Assembly: GCF_036365525.1 (NCBI RefSeq)
Contig: NC_090405.1
Span: 52,120,308-52,184,307, forward strand
Length of the DNA stretch: 64,000 bases
Origin: Heterodontus francisci
Taxonomy: Eukaryota
Direction of reading: 5' to 3'
The notes beneath the pieces were generated by a model that made no database searches, was not told the origin of the DNA, and saw nothing but the letters and a program-made list of their open reading frames with translations. Made by a program: the position numbers and the translations under genes. The stretch's first letter is position 1; each line of letters opens with the position of its first letter. Positions 1 through 14,800 of this stretch are shown here, piece by piece.

Positions 1-229
1 AGAAACATAAAGACTGCAGTTTGAGGAGGATCAGGCTTAGATGTACCAGCTCGAGCGAACTGCTGAGTTCGAGGTGACTTGAAAGGCAGAGAGTACTTTT
101 GCATGGAGAGAAAAAGAAAGGCAATGGGGTAGAATTCCCACTTGGCCACAGATAAACAGCGTAAAGTTAGGAAGTCCGTAGGAGTGAGGTTTATGACTGA
201 AATAGTGAGACAAATAAACATGAAAGATG

Positions 230-2470
230 ACAGGCAGGAAAAGACCTACTGATCCATGCAGCCTGTCCCATATAATTGCAATGCCTTGTGTATCATGATA
301 CTGAAATTCTACACCCTACCTGGAAACCATGTCATCTTCTGGGCAAGTTGAAGAAAAGAGATAAAAACACTGGCCAATTTGGTGCAGGGGTTTGGAGGAG
401 GGCGGGGTGAGATCTGGGAAAATCCTCTCCCTCTCCAACCCCCTTAGGCAACTGAAACTAGCCAGTAGACCACTCTGGCCCCAATTAATGCTGTACGCTA
501 CCTACCTCTTGTACAAGGTGATCTCCACCCAAGCCAGAAACAGGTCCAGCTCTTGCTTGAAGGAAGTCGGCGAATCAGCATTGGCCACATGAGCTGGCAG
601 CCTGTTCCACAGGTCCACTATTGCCTGGGAAAAGAACCACTTCCTAACATCTAGTCTAGTTCTGCCTTTACATAACTCGAGATTGTGACCCCAAACTTAT
701 TTGGTTGAAACAAGCCGTGTACACAAACACAATCTAATCCCTTCATAATCTTGTACACCTGTATCAAATCACCCCTAAGTGTAAGCTGCTGTGAAGTGTA
801 GAGAGTTATCTTGATAACTAAGGTGCTTTAAACTGTGAATTAGTCCAGTGGCCCTACTCTGCACCCTTTCCAAAGATTCAATATCACCCACTGTTTGAGC
901 AGAGCACAGTATTTTAACTGAGGCTGAACCAAGGGCTTGTACAAGGACAAAATGCTTTGTTTTATAGTGAATTGTCCTGTAAATACACCCTGGTGCCCTG
1001 TTTGTTCTAGCTATCACTTCACAGCATTGGTCATGGACCTTTAGAGATTAAAGCATTAGAACATCCAGATCTCTTTCTTTCATCAGGAAACTTGCTATTT
1101 TGTTAGGCAAGGGTATTAAGGGTTACGGAACTAAGGAGGCTAGATGGAGTTAAGAAACAGATCAGCCATGATCTAATTGAATGGTGGAACAGGCTCGAGG
1201 AGCTAAATGGCCTTGTTCTATTTTTACGTCCTTCCCAGATCATTCCCCAAACACCTCCACCTAAATCCTTAATGAAAACAGTAACTAGCAACAGTCCCAA
1301 GACCAATTCCTGCAGGACACCAGTGGTGACCAGTCCCCACATAGATTCAAATCCATCTACAACCACTTTCCGACTATGGGCTTCCAGCCAGTTCTCAATC
1401 CAGCACAGCAGATTTCAATCAACACCCGAGACTTGGATCTTGTAGAGAAGCCTCTTGTGCGGTGCCTGATCAAAAGCTTTTTGGAAATCTAAGTAGACAA
1501 TGTCTGCCAGGTTTTCTTCATCCACTATTTTGGTGACTCCTTCAAATAATACAACTAAATTACAGCAGTAAGACAGGACCTCCTATTTCTGAGACTGTTG
1601 GGTGTCACTGATATGTCTATCTCTTTCCAAGTGATCATATATTCCATCCCTGATGATTCCCTCTAGCATCTTCCCTACTACTGGTGTCAAACTAATGGGC
1701 CTATACTTACCCAAATCTGTCCCATCAACTGTCCCATCTCTGAGGACACTCAGGTGGATGTCATCCATCCCAGCTGCCCTACCTATTTTAAGGTTCCTTA
1801 TTCTATCTATAACAATATGTTCATCAATATTAATATAAACAGTATAATTAACAATGTCATCTAATTCTGTCAGTCAACAGTGAAGATCGATGCAAAGTAT
1901 TCCTTTAGCATCTCTGCCATACCCTGAGAGTCCTTCATAGTCTGACCTTGATCATCCTTCAGTGACTCAATACAGACTTTGAGGTTCTCTCACTCTTCAC
2001 TTAGCTAAAAAAAAGTTTTCTATTTCTACCATAATTGTCTATGACCCTCATTTCCATGAACCTTTCAGCTGATCGAAGAGCGCCTTAGTTGTCTTTCGCT
2101 GTTCCTGATACTTTTTGTTCTGTTGTGCATTACAAGCAATTAATTTAGAAAAACACTTGTCTTTGTACATGACCAGGCATTTGGCATTCTTTCCACATTC
2201 CCTTCTTTTGACTGGACAATTCTTTGTGTTCTTAAAAATTTCCCATTTACATCCTGTACTGGTTTAATTCCACCATGTCGGGTTAACCAATGTACCTGTT
2301 CCAAAGCTTCTGCTATTTTCTGAATGCTGCCCCCCGTTCTGTAAAATGGAATTAATTGTAGGTTTCCAGTACCTTTGGTTCTACCAAACTCTATCATATG
2401 GATACTGTCGCCCAGGTGTTCTCCTACAAGGAAGCCTGATACCAGATTATGATCCCTACTAAATACAAGA
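230..2470 (-). mobile_element. Decayed CR1-type LINE fragments
   Basis: RT remnants YRPISLTPVVGKMLEGIIRD, GVLQELVLGLLL and LERVQSRAT in minus-strand ORFs. Confidence 0.75.
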
Positions 2471-2588
2471 CACATCACAAACCCAAACCTGATTAAAAGC
2501 AGAGAGTTGTGAGACTTCCTGCGATGACTGCCATTTTTAAACTAAAAGTTCTGTAAACAGGCATTAGTATCGTTGTAGAATTTTAGAT

Positions 2589-2851
2589 TTACCTGTTGAT
2601 ATCGGTTTGGAATAAGTTCAGTATGTTTGCTCGTCTTGTTAAATGAGCGCGTTGATTCATGGGAGCCCGGGCTGACACCACAGTCAGGCCATGCCTTGCA
2701 GTGTTGATTGTATTCATCTTCATGTTCCACACATTGGAGGCACTGCTTGTGCTGCTCACTCGTGCTGCATTCACCGGGATGTTGAAGCTGGTTCCAGAGC
2801 CTGATGGTATGGTGTTTCTTTGGGGGCCTTTTGACTCCGTCGCAGAGTTTT
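2589..2851 (-). CDS. TTLL13: TTLL13 putative last coding exon (…[14 protein letters not shown]…DINR*)
   Basis: ttctgtacag| acceptor in phase 1, open frame to TAA at 2591-2589. The stop overlaps a possible donor AG|GTAAAT. Confidence 0.62.
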
Positions 2852-5800
2852 CTGTACAGAAACACATTGTAATCAATAGATTGCTTTCTCACCCACCCCC
2901 ACATCCCCAGCACTCCATTCCTGGCTCCTGTTGTGCCATGGGCAATGGTTCAGTGAAAGAATATTGATATGTCTTTACATTACTTTTATTTCTAACAAAA
3001 GACAGAATAGTAATGTAGACAGAATTGGTGTTCTCTAAAAGCCTATCTTTTTCTCTTAATGATGGGGAAGGATGCATTTCGAGACCGAGGATACTGTACT
3101 GTAAAGATAGGAAAGATAGGAACATACAAATAAATAAGCTAGGTGAATATTGAGCTTAAAGCTATTAAGATTAAAACACACAGGCTTTTAAAACACAGGA
3201 CTTTCATCACAGCAGTGGGTAATGTAAGAATTGGAGATTGGTGCAATATAAACAGAAATATAATATGAGAGCCGACAAAGGTTGTTTGCCATAAAGCCCA
3301 GGAAAAGCAATGATAGGAAGTAATGGTGTGAAAAGTCATGAAGCCTCTCATCCCTGTTTGGCAATCAGTTTGAATAACTGAAATAAAAGCAAAATACTGC
3401 GGATGCTGGAAATCTGAAATAAAGTTCCGATGAAGGGTCACTGACCCGAAACGTTAACTATGCTTCTCTTTCCACAGATGCTGCCAGACCTGCTGAGTGA
3501 TTCCAGCATTTCTTTTTTTTAGTTCGAATAACTGGCTGGTCTTAAAACACCCGAAGATGTTGCATCCAATAGGAAGCAGATCATAAAGAGAATGGTGTAT
3601 GAAGACATGCAATGTTTTTTACTCAGTTAGAAAGATATTTTACTTCTTTCAAGATGCAGTGCGTGAACGGGTTTCGTGAAGCCATTTTCACAGTTCCTCA
3701 TTAAATCTACATATGTATGTAGACGAGAGGCTGAAGTGTGCTGCTCTATATGGGTGTTTAAGATTAATGTTTTGTCAGTAATAAATGAAGTGACATGCTA
3801 CAGTCTCCATCTTTTAGAATCTATTAAAAAGGTAGGACTTATCCAACATCCAGTATCTTGCTCAATCACGCTTCCCTCGTGCGTGTACCTAAGCAGCAAG
3901 TGTCGGCAGCCAAGCCTGGCCTTATTCGCCTTTTATATCCACACATTTGTACTTTCTAGCAGGGGTCACTGGGATGGTATTAGGAGCAGGAATCAGAAAT
4001 CAGGTATCAGATTCCCTAACCCAAGGCCCTGTCTGCAACCCCAGCTGTGATTAGCATAGCCAAGGACTGTCGGGTCTTTACAACTTAAGTGCTACTAATG
4101 GACATAAAAAGTAGCGTGCAGGACAGTAAAATTGGAGCTTAGAATGAATTTCAGAGGGCTGCAACAGTACTGGGTAATATTCACTCACGTGATTAATGTT
4201 CAATAAATGTTTCTAGTACCTTTTAGCCTGAGCTGTGATCACATGTTGACAAATGATATATTTCAGTCAGTCGGTGTCCAATTGCAAGGGTTCTTTGACC
4301 CTTTGTCTAGATACTGGGTGGGAAGAGGCACTTCAGGTCCACTTATCACAGCGGCTGCTTACGTTGAATCCAAGGGCGAGATTTTGCCAAAGCGGTAAAG
4401 GTCATATCGTCAGGGTTGTTTTTGGGTGGCCAGCAGACTAATGGGGGAGGTGGGTCTTCCCCCGCAATATTGCCAGGAGGAGGCAATTAAGGGCCAGCAG
4501 GGTGGGAGCCGGCCACTTAGGGATAGCAGGTGAACCTTCCATGCTGCCGGCCAATCAGAGGGCTGGCACCTCTGGCGCCACGGCAAGAGGTGGCTTCTGC
4601 TGAGACAACAAGGAGAATGCAAGGGCACCTCTATTTTGAGGCACCCTCAGAAGGGTGAGCATCAAATAAATTTTTATGTGGGCCAAACAGGCAGGACCCG
4701 GAGAACAGAGGGGATATCTCTCCAGCGGCAGCATTGAAGCCTCGGGGGCATCATTTGCTGCCGGCTGTCCTCTCCCTGCGCCACGGAGCCTCCGGCTCTG
4801 ATGGCCCCCACCCCCCATCCCCCACCCCCCCCCAAAGAAGCCGCTGGGAGGCTGCTTTTATGCAGCTGGCGGCCTCCCTAATGGGGCTGGGGGCCCCTCC
4901 GCCAGCGGCCCAGGAAATCATTCTTAATTGGGCCATTAATCAATCATTCAAATTGGCTGCGCTCATCCATTCAGCTGGCAGCTGAACCGCTGCCATTCCC
5001 GCCACTGGGTAACTTCCCCAGCAGCAGGACTGAGTCAGAGCCATGCGGATGGGGTTTCCTGGCATTTTACCAGCATCCCCCACCTGTTCCCACCACCAGG
5101 GGGCAGCTAAAATGCCACCCCATGGATTATATCCAGTTTGAAAACCCAAAAATGTAACATGGTCACTGGGCAATCATTGGGAGCAGGCTGGGACCCTAGG
5201 GATTTCCTTCCCTGGCCAACAGAGGGCAATTTTCCACATGCCTATTACTGAGAGCAGCTAATTCAATGGCGACCCAGGATTGTACCCTGGGACCTTCTGG
5301 TCTGGATAACTCAAGCTACACCAAGCAGTGCACTTTCTCACTAAGCCAGTCCCTGGCCATTTTAAAACCAATGTACATTCTGCAAAAAACTTAATTCAAT
5401 ATATACACACATATAAAAATTGAGAATGATATATCATTTTCTCACCAGGGCTGAGTTTGGCACTCGGTGTACGAGCATAGGTTGTCACTGCATTCAGTCG
5501 TAACTCTGAGGATCCTGCAGTCCCTGCTGTGATTACGGTTTCAATCGACGTTGGTAAATGATTAACCCCTGTCCACATCAGACCCTTGCGGATGGGAAAG
5601 CGATGGTGAAAGCGGTGGAGAGAGAGTCCGAGTCCCATATTGGGATTCCCTTTGTGGCTGGCATGGAGAGGAAGCTGGCCTTTGGGAGTCAGCAGTGTTG
5701 ACCAGTTTATTGTAGAAGGGTTGAAGATCCCAAGCTCTGCTGCAGCATTTTTTTCAAAAGAGGATAAAGGGCTAATGTATGCTAAATTCTCCATATCCTG

Positions 5801-8800
5801 CAAGGGTCTGTATGAGCTTTGGTAAATGAATGACTGGAAAGTTAAAGAAACATACAAGATGAGCAATAACAGGACACAAACCCAGTCTAGTAGCACACTA
5901 AACCAAACCAAAACTATCTATATACATCCTGAGTGGGATTTACACATTTTAGCTTTATTAGCTTCTTTTTGTCTGATTTCCCTCACCAGGAGGGTGCTGA
6001 CTCAGGCTGGTATACAGTTTAAGATGTAATTGTTGAGACTGATAGATTAAGCACAAAGGGAATTGAGGAATGTGGGGATAAGACAGGCAAGTGGAGCTGA
6101 TGTAGAAGATCAGCTATGATCTGATTAAATGGCAAAGCTGTATGCCTACTCCTGCTTCCTACATTCTCGCCACTTTCCCTGTCGCCATTCACTATGACAT
6201 TGAGAGTCACCAGACTAATTGACCCTTGATAGCATCAAGCTGCACCCAATCATGTTCTCTCTAAATTGCCCCAGTATAGGTAGGTGGTAGGGAAATATAG
6301 GGACAGGTGGGGATGTGGTAGGTATATGGGGTTAGTGTAGGATTAGTATAAGTGGGTGGTTGATGGTCGGCACAGACTCGGTGGGCCGAAGGGCCTGTTT
6401 CAGTGCTGTATCTCTAAACTTAAACTAAACATACTATGTGCACACACACAACAGAGTTCACTCGTAACTGATTTCCTGCCACCCTCCGGATCCACCTCAT
6501 CCTACAACACCTAGCCCAGGGAGACTGAAGCCACCTGTAGCACCCCTTGTGCTGCTCAACTGACATCAACCAACTTGATGTAGGTCAGGGATCACCCAGA
6601 GACTTTGCAAATATGTTTGAGACAGAGTCCAACTTTAACTTGGCAGTCATCCTAGCCTGTTCTCCAGTTTCTGAGGTACTTCTGCATTTATTTCTAGCAG
6701 TGAATTTATCCTGCAGCTGGCCGATGTGGAGGATTGGTGATTCATTTTTTTTTTCAATAAAAATTCCACAAACAGGATGGGGGCAACCTTTTTGTCCCTG
6801 CCACCTAATTGTGACTGATAAAGGTGTAGCACCAAGAGGAACAGAAGCACTGACAGACCACAAGTTACAGATTCTGACAGCTCACCCAATTAATATAAGT
6901 CAGGCCCCAACCACAAAAATAACCCCATGCCATTGCAGATATGTCCCCTACTCTGAATTTACCCCCGTTGCTTCATATACCAGTTATCTTGGTTCAGCCA
7001 AAGACCCTATGGCTTAATTTAATGTCTTGGTACATCCTGCATTGTTTCAATTTTTTGCTACTGATAGGGAGAAACTGTTTCCATTGGCTGGAGGGAGAGT
7101 AACCAGAAGATTTGAAATAATTGATAGAAAAAAACCAGGAGGTGGAGACGAGGAGACTTTTTTTTTTTGCAGTGAGTTGTTATGATCTGAAATGCACTGC
7201 CTAAAAAGGATGGTGGAATCAGATTCAATAGTAACTTTCAAAAGGGAATTGGAGAAATACTTGAAAATGAGAAATTTGCAGGGCTATGGGGAAAGAGCAA
7301 GGGAGTAGGACAAATTGGATAAAGAGCTGGCACAGGTAGGAGGAGCTGAATGACCTTCTTCTGTGCTGTATGATTCTATTCTATGTTTCTATGACATAAC
7401 GTACAGATAACTGCAAGCCAGTGGCTGAACAGGATACTCACTAATAGTCTGTGCAGGCAGGTGGTGCAGTTTTAGCTGGTTAAATTCCTGCCCATGACTT
7501 TGTTCTCGCCAATCAGCAGCTGCACCTTTTGTCAGCTTTGAATCGTAAAATGGTTACAGCACAGAAGCCATCCGGCTGTTGAACCCTTGCCGGCTCTCAT
7601 TCCTCAGCCCTTTCTCCGCAGCCCTGCAAATATTTTCCCTTCAGGTGCTTATCCAATTTCCTTTTGAAAGAAATGATTGAATCTACCTCCACCACCCTTT
7701 CGGACAGTCCATTCCAGATTGTAACCAGTCGCTGCTCAACAAAGTTTTTCCTCATGCTGCCTTTAATTCTTTTGCCAGTCACTTTAAATCTGGTTCTTAA
7801 CCCTTCTGCCAATAGGAAGAGTTTCTTCTTAGCTACTCTCTCTAGACCCCTCATAATTTCGAACACCTCTACCAAATCCCCTCTCAACCTTTTCTTCTTT
7901 AAGGAGAACAGCTTCAGCTTCTCCAATCTATCGTAACTAAGTGGGGTCTGTCCAAAGATTCTACACCTATGTGGATTCCTCAGTAGTTGAGTCTGGAGAC
8001 TCTTAAACATGATAATAGATATCCATGTGTGTCAGATAGTTAACTGACCAAAAGCAATGAGACTGTTCGATACTGCAACTGCCCCACACAATATGTTAGA
8101 CTGTGGTTTTACTTGGTTCACATTAAGTTTGAATACTATTTCCACGCCGCACTGTTGAATTGCAGACATGTTAACAGCCTCATGTTGATCAGTTTCTCCA
8201 AGCAGAAGGGCCACCCGCACATCAACACGAGCAGAATGTCTTATCCACAGCTGTTACAAAAATTTCTAAATTCACTTGTAACAGCCCTTCAAAACACTCC
8301 CACAGGGGATGCAGAGACCAAGTGGGCCCACATCAGAGACGCCATCTATGAGTCAGCTATGGCAAACGCGTGAAGCGGAATGCAGACTGGTTTCAATCTC
8401 ACTTTGAAGAGCTGGAACCTGTCATAGCTGCTAAGCACATTGCACTGCTGAACTACAAGAAAGCCCCCAGCGAGTTAACATCCGTAGCACTTAAAACAGC
8501 CAGAAAAGCTGCACAAAGAACAGCCAGGCGCTGCGCAAATGACTACTGGCAACACCTATGCAGTCATATTCAGCTGGCCTCTGACACCGGAAACATCAGA
8601 GGAATGTATGATGGCATTAAGAGAGCTTTTGGGCCAACCATCAAGAAGATCGCCCCCCCTCAAATCTAAGTCAGGGGACACAATCACTGACCAACGCAAG
8701 CAAATGGACCGCTGGGTTGAGTACTACCTAGAAATGTACTCCAGGGAGAATGTTGTCACTGAGACCGCCCTCAATGCAGCCCAGCCTCTGCCAGTCATGG

Positions 8801-11800
8801 ATGAGCTGGACTAACAGCCAACAAAATCGGAACTCAGTGATGCCATTGATTCTCTAGCCAGTGGAAAAGCTCCTGGGAAGGACGGCATTACCCCTGAAAT
8901 AATCAAGAGTGCCAAGCCTGCTATACTCTCAGCAATCCATGAACTGCTTTGCCTGTGCTGGGATGAGGGAGCAGTACCACAGGACATGCACGATGCCAAT
9001 ATCATCACCCTCTATAAAAACAAAGGTGACCGCGGTGACTGCAACAACTACCGTGGAATCTCCCTGCTCAGCATAGCGGGGAAAGTCTTCGCTCGAGTCG
9101 CTTTAAACAGGCTCCAGAAGCTGGCCGAGCGTGTCTACCCTGAGACACAGTGCGGCTTTCGAGCAGAGAGATCGACCATTGACATGCTGTTCTCCCTTCG
9201 TCAGCTACAGGAGAAATGCCGCGAACAACAGATGCCCCTCGACGTTGCTTTCATTCTTCTCACCAAAGCCTTTGACCTCGTCAGCAGACGTGGTCTCTTC
9301 AGACTACTAGAAAAGATCGGATGTCCACCAAAGCTACTAAGTATCATCACCCCATTCCATGACAATATGAAAGGCACAATTCAGCATAGCGGCACCTCAT
9401 CAGACCCCTTTCCTATCCTGAGTGGCGTGAAACAGGGCTGTGTTCTCGCACCTACACTGTTTGGGATTTTCTTCTCCCTGCTGCTCTCACATGCGTTCAA
9501 GTCTTCAGAAGAAGGAATTTTCCACCACGCAAGATCAGGGGGCAGGTTGTTCAACCTTGCCCGTCTAAGAGCGAAGACCAAAGTACGGAAAGTCCTCATC
9601 AGGGAACTTCTTTTTGCTGACGATGCTGCATTAACATCTCACACTGAAGAGTGTCTGCAGAATCTTATCAACAGGTTTGCGGCTGCCTGCAATGAATTTG
9701 GCCTAACCATCAGCCTCAAGAAAACGAACATCATGGGACAGGACGTCAGAAATGCTCCATCCATCAATATTGGCAACCACGCTCTGGAAGTGGTTCAAGA
9801 GTTCACCTACCTAGGCTCAACTATCATCAGTAACCTGTGTCTAGATGCAGAAATCAGTGGAAAGGCTTCCACTGCTATGTCCAGACTGGCCAAGAGAGTG
9901 TGGGAAAATGGCGCACTGATACGGAACACAAAAGTCCGCGTGTATCAAGCCTGTGTCCTCAGTACCTTGCTCTATGGCAGTGAGGCCTGGACAACGTATG
10001 TCAGCAAAGAGCGACGTCTCAATTCATTCCATTTTCGCTGCCTCCGGAGAATACTTGGCATCAGGTGGCAGGACCGTATCTCCAACACACAAGTCCTCGA
10101 GGCGGCCAACATCCCCAGCTTATACACACTACTGAGTCAGCGGCGCTTGAGATGGCTTGGCCATGTGAGCCGCATGGAAGATGGCAGGATCCCCAAAGAC
10201 ACATTGTACAGCGAGCTCGCCACTGGTATCAGACCCACCGGCCGTCCATGTCTCCACTTTAAAGAGGTCTGCAAATACGACATGAAGTCCTGTGACATTG
10301 ATCACAAGCCGTGGGAGTCAGTTGCCAGCGTTCGCCAGAGCTGGCGGGCAGCCATAAAGGCGGGGGTAAAGTGTGGCGAGTCGAAGTGACTTAGCAGTTG
10401 GCAGGAAAAAAGACAGAAGCGCAAGGGGAGAGCCAATTGTGTAACAGCCCCGACAAACAAATTTTTATCTGCAGCACCTGTGGAAGAGTCTGTCACTCTA
10501 GTATTGGCCTTTATAGCCACTCTAGGCGCTGCTCCACAAACCACTGACCACCTGTAGGCGCTTACCCATTGTCTCCCGAGACAAGGAGGCCAAAGAAAGA
10601 AGAAAGAACTGTTGAATTGCAGACATGTTAACAGCCTCATGTTGATCAGTTTCAGAGTAACGTCCGGCTATCTCCACAGGGGTTCCCCCCGATTATCCAT
10701 CGTAACTTTGGCGGAAGATCCGTCAAAACCCCAGAGCAATGGATGTCATTTCCCCCTCCTCCACCGGGGTTTCCGAAGTGACGAAGGGTAATCAGGACAA
10801 CTCCTACAGAGATTTAGCCACAGTGTCTCTTCAGTACACCTAAATCATCTGAGTTCATTTTGAAACCAATTCAAATTGAGTTGACTGAGAAAGAAAGAGC
10901 TGGTCTTTATAATTAATATATATATTTTTTCATCTGCTAGGACATGCCAGAGTGCGTCACAGCAAAACAAGTAATTTTTCTGAAGTGCGCTCATTGTTAT
11001 TCGGTAGCTAAACACAGCAGCCATGCTGGGCACAGCAAGCTCCCACAAACAGCAATTGAGATAAATGGCCAGATAATCTGTTTTCACTAAGGTTAATACT
11101 GGAAGACAGATGAAGCTGTGGTGGTACGTACATTTTCTACATATTCTTCTCTGACTTTTTCTCCCAAGCTCTCTAGAATGTGATGACTCTTGCTGGGGTA
11201 CAGTTCCATCGGTGCTGGCTGCCCTTCAATTCCTCTCCAAAGTGAGCACTACAACCTCATGAGCATCACTGCCAAGCTCAACTTGCCTCATGTTCACATA
11301 CTTTGGACAGTGATGCAGAACAGAAACTCTTGGCTTGGCTTTTGGCCTTGTTAGCTAACAAATGCTGAGGCCTATGATACTGTCCCTAGCACTGCCCTGG
11401 CTACCAGAAGCCAACTCAACATAGACCAGGGATTGAAATGTGGGGACCGTCTGATCTCTATGCCTCAGTATCACACTAGCTAGTGCACTGAATTTGCCTT
11501 GCTAAGTCCCTCCATACTGTATCTTCTGACGATCCTGCTGCTGTTGTTGTTATCTGCTCTAATTCAAGTTCTCTGTGACTCCTGGGACAGACAAATCCAT
11601 TCTGAAACACCAGTTTACAACCTTACTGAGCTCCTATAATCTTGATTTCATAGAATTATGTAGCACAGACTGAGGCTTTTCGGCCCATTATGCCTGTGCT
11701 AGGTCTTCGAAAGAGCTATCCAATTAGCCCCACACCCCACTCTTTCCCCATAACACTTTTGTCTGCTCTTTGCACGTGAGCAGAGTGGTTGAATGTGTTA

Positions 11801-14800
11801 TTGTTGTCTTTCTGCCACACCTCTGGCTTGAGGTTCCATGGATGGTCAGACAGCTAAACTTAGCAATAACAAAATCTCGTGTGACTTTGGCTCAAGAATT
11901 GATTGAAAATAAAATGTTTACGGAAACTGGGTAGTGACGTGGGGTATGCAGTCAGACCAGATGAAAGTCTGCTGCTTTACAAGGGTTCAACATAAAATGA
12001 ATTTTCACAATCCTAATGCAGTTCATAGTCGGCATAAGCCTGTGGCACAAAATTGCCCCCAATTCTCTGCACTGTTGTGTCCTAACTTGGCAATCTTAAT
12101 CAGTGAGGTCATTGGATGGCTGGTGTGGGAACTGCTGCTGTCAGGTGCTCTGCTCAGGTCAGGACCAAAGCACATAGTCAGTTGAAGCAGTGCAGAGGGA
12201 GCTGTACTCTGCATCTAATCCATGCTCTATCTGATGTGGGAGTGCTTGTTGCTGACACTGGTGTGCCTAGAACAGAATAGTGTTCTATTTCCCTGCACTA
12301 ATGTCCCATGTTGTACACCTCAATCAACACAAAATGAACATGTTTTAGAACGGGTACACAATTTTTGAGAATTACTGATTGTGTACACATAGCGACCAGA
12401 TGAATATAACTTGTACACAATGAACTCAGACTTTGTTCCCACTTCCATTTTTAGAGAACGTTGTGTAAGAAATGGGATAAAAGAAATGTAAGAAGAACTG
12501 AATGTTTAACTAAATCATGGGAAGGAGCGGGTGTCAGAAGGTGGGGTTAGTAATGTTTGACCACCTCCCCTTTGTATTTGAGTCATTAATCCTGATGGTC
12601 AGTGCCGAATTACACCACTCATGTGTGGTTGAGCTGTACAGTAGAGAACGACCTAGAGCTAGCACAAAATATTGTTAATATTTCCGGGGCAGTGACAGGG
12701 GTTTTATACAATTGGCTTTAAACCTCTGGCCCAGGAAGCATTTTTAAAAAGTTAGCCAGAACTTACATTTCTGATACTGATCAGCCATGTCTCAATGGGT
12801 AGCACTCTTGCCTGAACAGAGTTGAGCCAAAATCTAGGCTCACACTCCCAGTGCTGTTAGTTCATGATGAAACACTAAACTGAGGCACCTGCCTGCCCTC
12901 TCAGGTAGACATGAAAGATCACACATCCTTATTAGGACAGTGGAGTTCTCCTGGTGAACATTTATTCTGTAACCAAAGTAACTTTTAAAAAAAAAAGCAG
13001 ACCAACTGTTCATTCATCTCATTGCTGTTTGTGGGAGCTTGCCGTGTGCAAATTGGCTGCCATGTTTGCCTACATTACAACAGTGATTACACTGCTAAAG
13101 TACTTCATTGGTTGTGAAGAGCTTTGGGGCTTGAAAGAAGCTATACAAATGCAAGTTTATTTTGCTCTTTCTTTATCCAATGGCAGAAAGCGTGATTATA
13201 ACATTGAGTGAGACAGGATCAGGTTCATCCGTGATGCACTCGCAACTAAATAGATGCTGGCACTTAGGCAGGGATCATTTTAACCTAACTCGTCATGCAA
13301 GAATCACATGAGATGGGGAGGAATGCCGGTTTTACACTCAGCCCAATATCCCTCTCCATTGACTTCGATGGGTAGTAGAATCTGGCAGGGTGCAAAACCA
13401 GCATTGCACCCAATTTCAACAATTGTCCAACAGGCAGGTTAGGTTAAAATTGCTTGGCTTGCCATCCAGGTTCACACATGAAGAATGGTCCCTCAGGTGA
13501 GATGCAGGAAGATAACATTCCCAATGTATATTGAAGCAAATGTTAAACAAGTCATTTCAAACTTTGTGCTCCCAGTGGGCAACTTCACCTGCTGGAAATG
13601 CAGGCACGCGCACTTCACGATCTTAGATCCTGCACCACGCGCCCCTGGATTTCCGGTATGAATTTCCTGGCGGGCAAGGCCCTCCCACAAGAGGGAGGGC
13701 AAAGTTGAAGGATTACCAATTAACTGTTTCACACTGTGCAACTCACTTTATTCTGGCTAGTAGTACATGGAGGAGCAGTTTGAACACTGCAGTTAACACC
13801 TGGAGTGTTTTGCAATATGCGGTAAACTTGCTCGATAACACCCAGAGCTCGGAGGAGGTTCTCCCGCTGCAGTAGCCCACTGAGTCGCTGCAGCTCCTCC
13901 TCTTCAATAATATCCAATGGTTTCATGATGTCTATGGCCTCCTGTAAAATGTGCAACAAAAAATAGAGAACATTTCTATTAGAAAAAGAGGAATGGGCAA
14001 CTAAGTTATGGAATTTATTTGGAGAAAAGATTTCAGTAGCCATCGCACTTACAGCTGTTAATGGATGGGTCAGAACGTGAATGGTGTTCGGATGCTAATT
14101 TCAGTCACTGACCTTGTCCTCTGGGAAGCTGGGTTCGGCAGTAGGGGCAGTACATGGTTTCACTATAACTGGGAGAGGAAAAACCAGCCAGGATCCTCAC
14201 TTTTAATCACCATTCAGTGTTTCCTGCCAGAAAGTCTCTGTGTGGACATTGAGTGAGGGCCAAGCTTGGCAGGGTCTTCGGACACTCACTCTCAATGCTC
14301 ACCTATTAAAAATGACCACTCAGAATGTGTATCTGAAAGGGCTTCTGACGAACATGGAACTGTACCCTAACATAGGTACGTAGATAGTGAAGAGAGGGGA
14401 GTGAGTTCAAGTCCAACAACAACTTGCATTTACCATAGGAAACATCTCAAGGTACAGTGAGCGGAAGTGTTGGCCAAAACATGATCACAGAGATAGATTT
14501 TGGGAAGTCTTTTAAAGATGGAGAGAGAAGTCACAAGGAGAGAGAGACTTGGGGTAAGGTCTCCACGGTTAGTGGAAGAAAGGGAGAAATGCAAAGCAAG
14601 CCACAATTGGAGGATCAAAGAAAGAACACTGGACTGAAGAGGTTAAGGAAGTAAGATTAGGTGGGGGATAGAGATTTTGATTCCAGTATATTAATAGGTA
14701 GGAAGCCAGTTAAGGTTGATAAGGACAGGAGTGACGGGTAAGTGGGAGTTGCTGTGGACAAGATAGGAGGGTTGAGGCAGAGTTTTGGAGGAGTTGGAGC

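Noticed and set aside
11497-11581. Possible extra TTLL13 exon after tgtcccag acceptor
   Set aside because: The phase-0 reading hits TGA after five codons. The open frame would need a phase-2 upstream exon that I could not find.
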